Shown here one piece after another: positions 60,725 through 64,000 of a stretch of DNA of 64,000 bases. The position numbers and the translations under genes are program-made. The notes under the pieces are model-generated. The model made no database searches, was not told the DNA's origin, and was given only the letters and a program-made list of their open reading frames with translations. The stretch's first letter is position 1. Every line of letters begins with the position of its first letter. Source of the DNA: Perna viridis (taxonomy: Eukaryota); the NCBI GenBank assembly GCA_037379345.1, contig CM074511.1:52892862-52956861 (forward strand), given 5' to 3'.

Positions 60725-63700
60725 CTGAAAAATAAAAAATAAATATCTACATTGTAATTGTATTTTCATTATCTTATGTGATGTTACAACCACAAAATGA
60801 TGCTTAAAACCTCTTTTAAACATCTATATGTCTATATCACATAAATATTAGAGTATTGATTATCATGCCTATCACAATCTCCAAAGCAAAAATCAAAAGT
60901 TGTTTCAAACATGTCTTTTTCCAAGCAAAACTCAGCAAATAGAGGATAAAGATAAAAAAATTAGAAAAAAAACTAAAAATTCTCATTATAAACATGCCAC
61001 ACACTCTACACTGAAGCATGCAATTTGCATAATAAACTAATATCAAGATTGCCTCAGAAAGTTTGTTGTGGTCTTAATCAACAATTTGGCATATGGTAGA
61101 GGAAATGAAGTTAATATAACCAACTCCCTTTATCTTTGGAAAATTTCATGCAACCTGCACATTTCCATTAAGTACATAAACTGCCTAGAAAAGCTGCACT
61201 TGAAAACTGTAGAAGAAGATAGCCAGACAAACCATTTACAATCTGCTACCTCTATGTAATATTGAAATTGCTAAGTTCAACTATCTCTGATTTTGGCAAT
61301 ATCCTTCTACTGATTTAAAGATTAAATCTTAATTTTATTTCCAACAATGATAGCACATATTCTCCAACACATATTTACTGACGATTTTGAAAACAGTAAC
61401 TGAATGATATAAAATGAATGACATACAGACTATGTTTTGTGTAGTGTTCAGTCTTCTGATGAATGGTGACATAAGGTATTCTGAAGGATCAAAATCCTAA
61501 AACCTGTTGCAGGAGATAGCTGGACAAACCATATACCACCTATTATCCTTGAGACAATTGAAATGCTTAGTTCAACTATCTCTAATTTTGCAATATTTTT
61601 TTAAATCAAAATCGTTTAGCCATGCAGATCTCTATTTTAGGTGCATATATAAACATTCTACAAAAATTCAAAGCTGAAGCTCAAAAACTGTGAAAGAAGA
61701 TAGCCAGATAAACCATGCACCACCAAACGGAACAGAGAGATGAAAGGATGAACAGACAAAGGTAATTTAAGATGCCCCTTCTCCCCAGGACATCTAGTCA
61801 TAGGGCATAAAAAAGAAACATTCAGGAAGACAATTTTTCACTTTAAAGTCCTGTCTGTTCTTTCTGATTAAGACTATGGCCTGGTAAGGATTTCACTGGG
61901 ACAGAGTATTTTTTGAAAACTACCTTCTATTTTTCCAATAACAATCTAACAGCAGTTTCTGAAAAGTTCTCTGACCAATAAGATTCCTAAGCAAGACTCA
62001 AGAGAACTGAATTTAACTCTGTTTAACATTAAATGTACTTAAGTCAAAAATAAGAACATATTGTTATACATGCATTTACACCTATATGTTATATCACATG
62101 TTGTACTTAACAATAATCCTCACAATTCTATCATGCTATAGCCTTTTAATAGCATTGTTAAATGTACTACTGAGATAAATATCAATAACAGTCATGACCA
62201 TGCTGATCCATAAATAGATTCTTTTCATATTATAATTACGGTAGATGAAAAATTTTCCAAGTTCTACTTTCTGACCAGGTACCTATGTACTGTTTTCTTT
62301 TATTTGCTGCTTTACAGAACAATATTATGGAATATGTCATTACTTCGTGAATTTACATGCCCTTGTGCAACAAAGAAACTGTTCTAAAAGACCCTGAGAG
62401 TCCTACTTAAAAGGCAATGCTCTTAGTGTTCTGAAAAATTCAAATAGTTTGATCAATTGATCCATCTGCAAGTTGTCTTCTTGGAAATTGACAGTGGACA
62501 GACACTCAACATTTCACAGGGTATCACATAATACACATGCACTTCAAAGCTTGACACTTCAAGTGCATTCCTAGTTTAGTTAAATTACAAATGTACTTAC
62601 GTTAATATTTGCTTGGCCTACATTTTTACTTTTCACTTTGTATTTGAAGGTGATATAGGTTACTTAAGTCATTTAAAACTTACTCAAATCATACCTCAGG
62701 TGCAAATACATTAAGGAGAAGGGCCAAGTGTATAACTCCCTCTATAGGTAAAAAAAGTTTTTGAATAAAATATCAATTTCCAAAATATTTTGTGATTACT
62801 TTTTTCCACAGAAATAAATCTTATTAAGTCCATTACCACCTGAAATCCTGTAACTACCCCTTTATAACCAAAACATATATGTCCGTTTTAAATTTTAGAC
62901 ATAAATAAAGCAATTCATAGAACTATTCCCTGTTTAAAAATATCGACATATTTATTACTCAGTGGTTGATTTCACAAAAAATCTTAAGTATAAAATTAAT
63001 CGTAAGTTCTGACGTCACATTTTTTTTTATTAATCATGATATTATAACTTACAACTATTGTTACATTTAAGAATTTTTGTGAAAAGGACTGCTGGTAGAT
63101 GTACACTGTATTTTAAAATGTCTGCTGTATTTTTTTTAATATAAAAAGATTATAAAACAACATTGAACATGTCACAAAAACGTGACATTTTTTAAACAAA
63201 CCATATACATGTATGTAACAATATGATCAATAGTTTCCAATGTGTATTTAGACAGTTCTACCTAATAATTTAAATGTTGTATGGATATACAAGAAACCAT
63301 GATGCTTAGTCATAAATAATTTTAATGATGTTCTGAATTGTGACCCAGAAGAAATGCCATTTAAACTACTGTCTTCATTAACCAAAACCAACCACTGACA
63401 TGTACTACATTAAAAATCGAAAAATCATTTTCAAGTAAGTCACCAAAAATTCTTGCCACAACAAAGTCTCTTGTAATCATATATTAAAAAAGTTGAAATA
63501 GAATGCTTTGAAGAGGGCAGCTAGATATGCCCCCAGAGGTCGAACCTGAATATCTGTCAGGGATATGTACAATGCAGGCATGAGAGCATTACAAGGTGTG
63601 ATGGACTGATTTGCTAAGAACCCCTTGCATTTCTTTGTTCCTGTGCCATGTTGTGATGGGAGACAATAATTTGATTAGTACCTACATGTATATAGTACTA

Positions 63701-64000
63701 GTACATGTATATATCAGTAGTGACAACGGTAATAAAAAAACACATGACTGTGTAACTGCAACATTACTAATGGATAGAAATGTAGGAGTCAATTGTTTAA
63801 GGCTCTTCAATTTTCAGTATGCCTTCTTGCTTAAAAATTACTTCCAAAATAATAGCACAAATAAAGTACACCAGTATTTTAAGTATTTTGCCACTATGGC
63901 GTCATTGGCCTGTCACTTAATTTAGTTGGTCCTGAATTACAGAAGAACAGTTTAAGTCAGACTACATTCTGTATGTCTAGAATTACTAGCTGACAAAAGG

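Noticed and set aside
61915-61975. Possible first coding exon of ABCA (RLLL / WKN-like words on the minus strand)
   Set aside because: The words lie in different frames and are followed by stops. No intact QL.LLLWKN...R exon was found in 60725-64000.

Overview
AT-rich animal genomic DNA with spliceosomal GT-AG introns. The repeat landscape suggests a bivalve or other mollusc (inference). The window is dominated by a minus-strand, ~54-exon full-length ABCA-subfamily lipid transporter gene (ABCA1/2/4/7-like) at 16753-60724. I traced it by hand exon by exon with consistent phases (~2770 aa). The first coding exon was not found and probably lies beyond the window. Three features of this gene stand out. 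(1) Seven Ephrin_rec_like (GCC2_GCC3)-type Cys-rich repeats (~350 aa, mostly on phase 1-1 exons) are inserted into extracellular domain 1. (2) A tandemly duplicated exon pair separated by only 45 nt encodes two versions of the ECD1 'gateway' segment and is probably mutually exclusive. (3) Several minisatellites have grown out of exon/5'-splice-site junctions, producing arrays of duplicated donors, including ~28 units of 55 bp and 6 copies of the NBD1 signature exon end. The left part holds a 2.9-kb 33-bp satellite and a plus-strand, single-coding-exon, low-complexity 689-aa gene with a PP1-type RVxF motif. MITEs, a SINE and two retroelement 3' fragments are scattered through the window. All homology statements come from motif recognition, not database searches.
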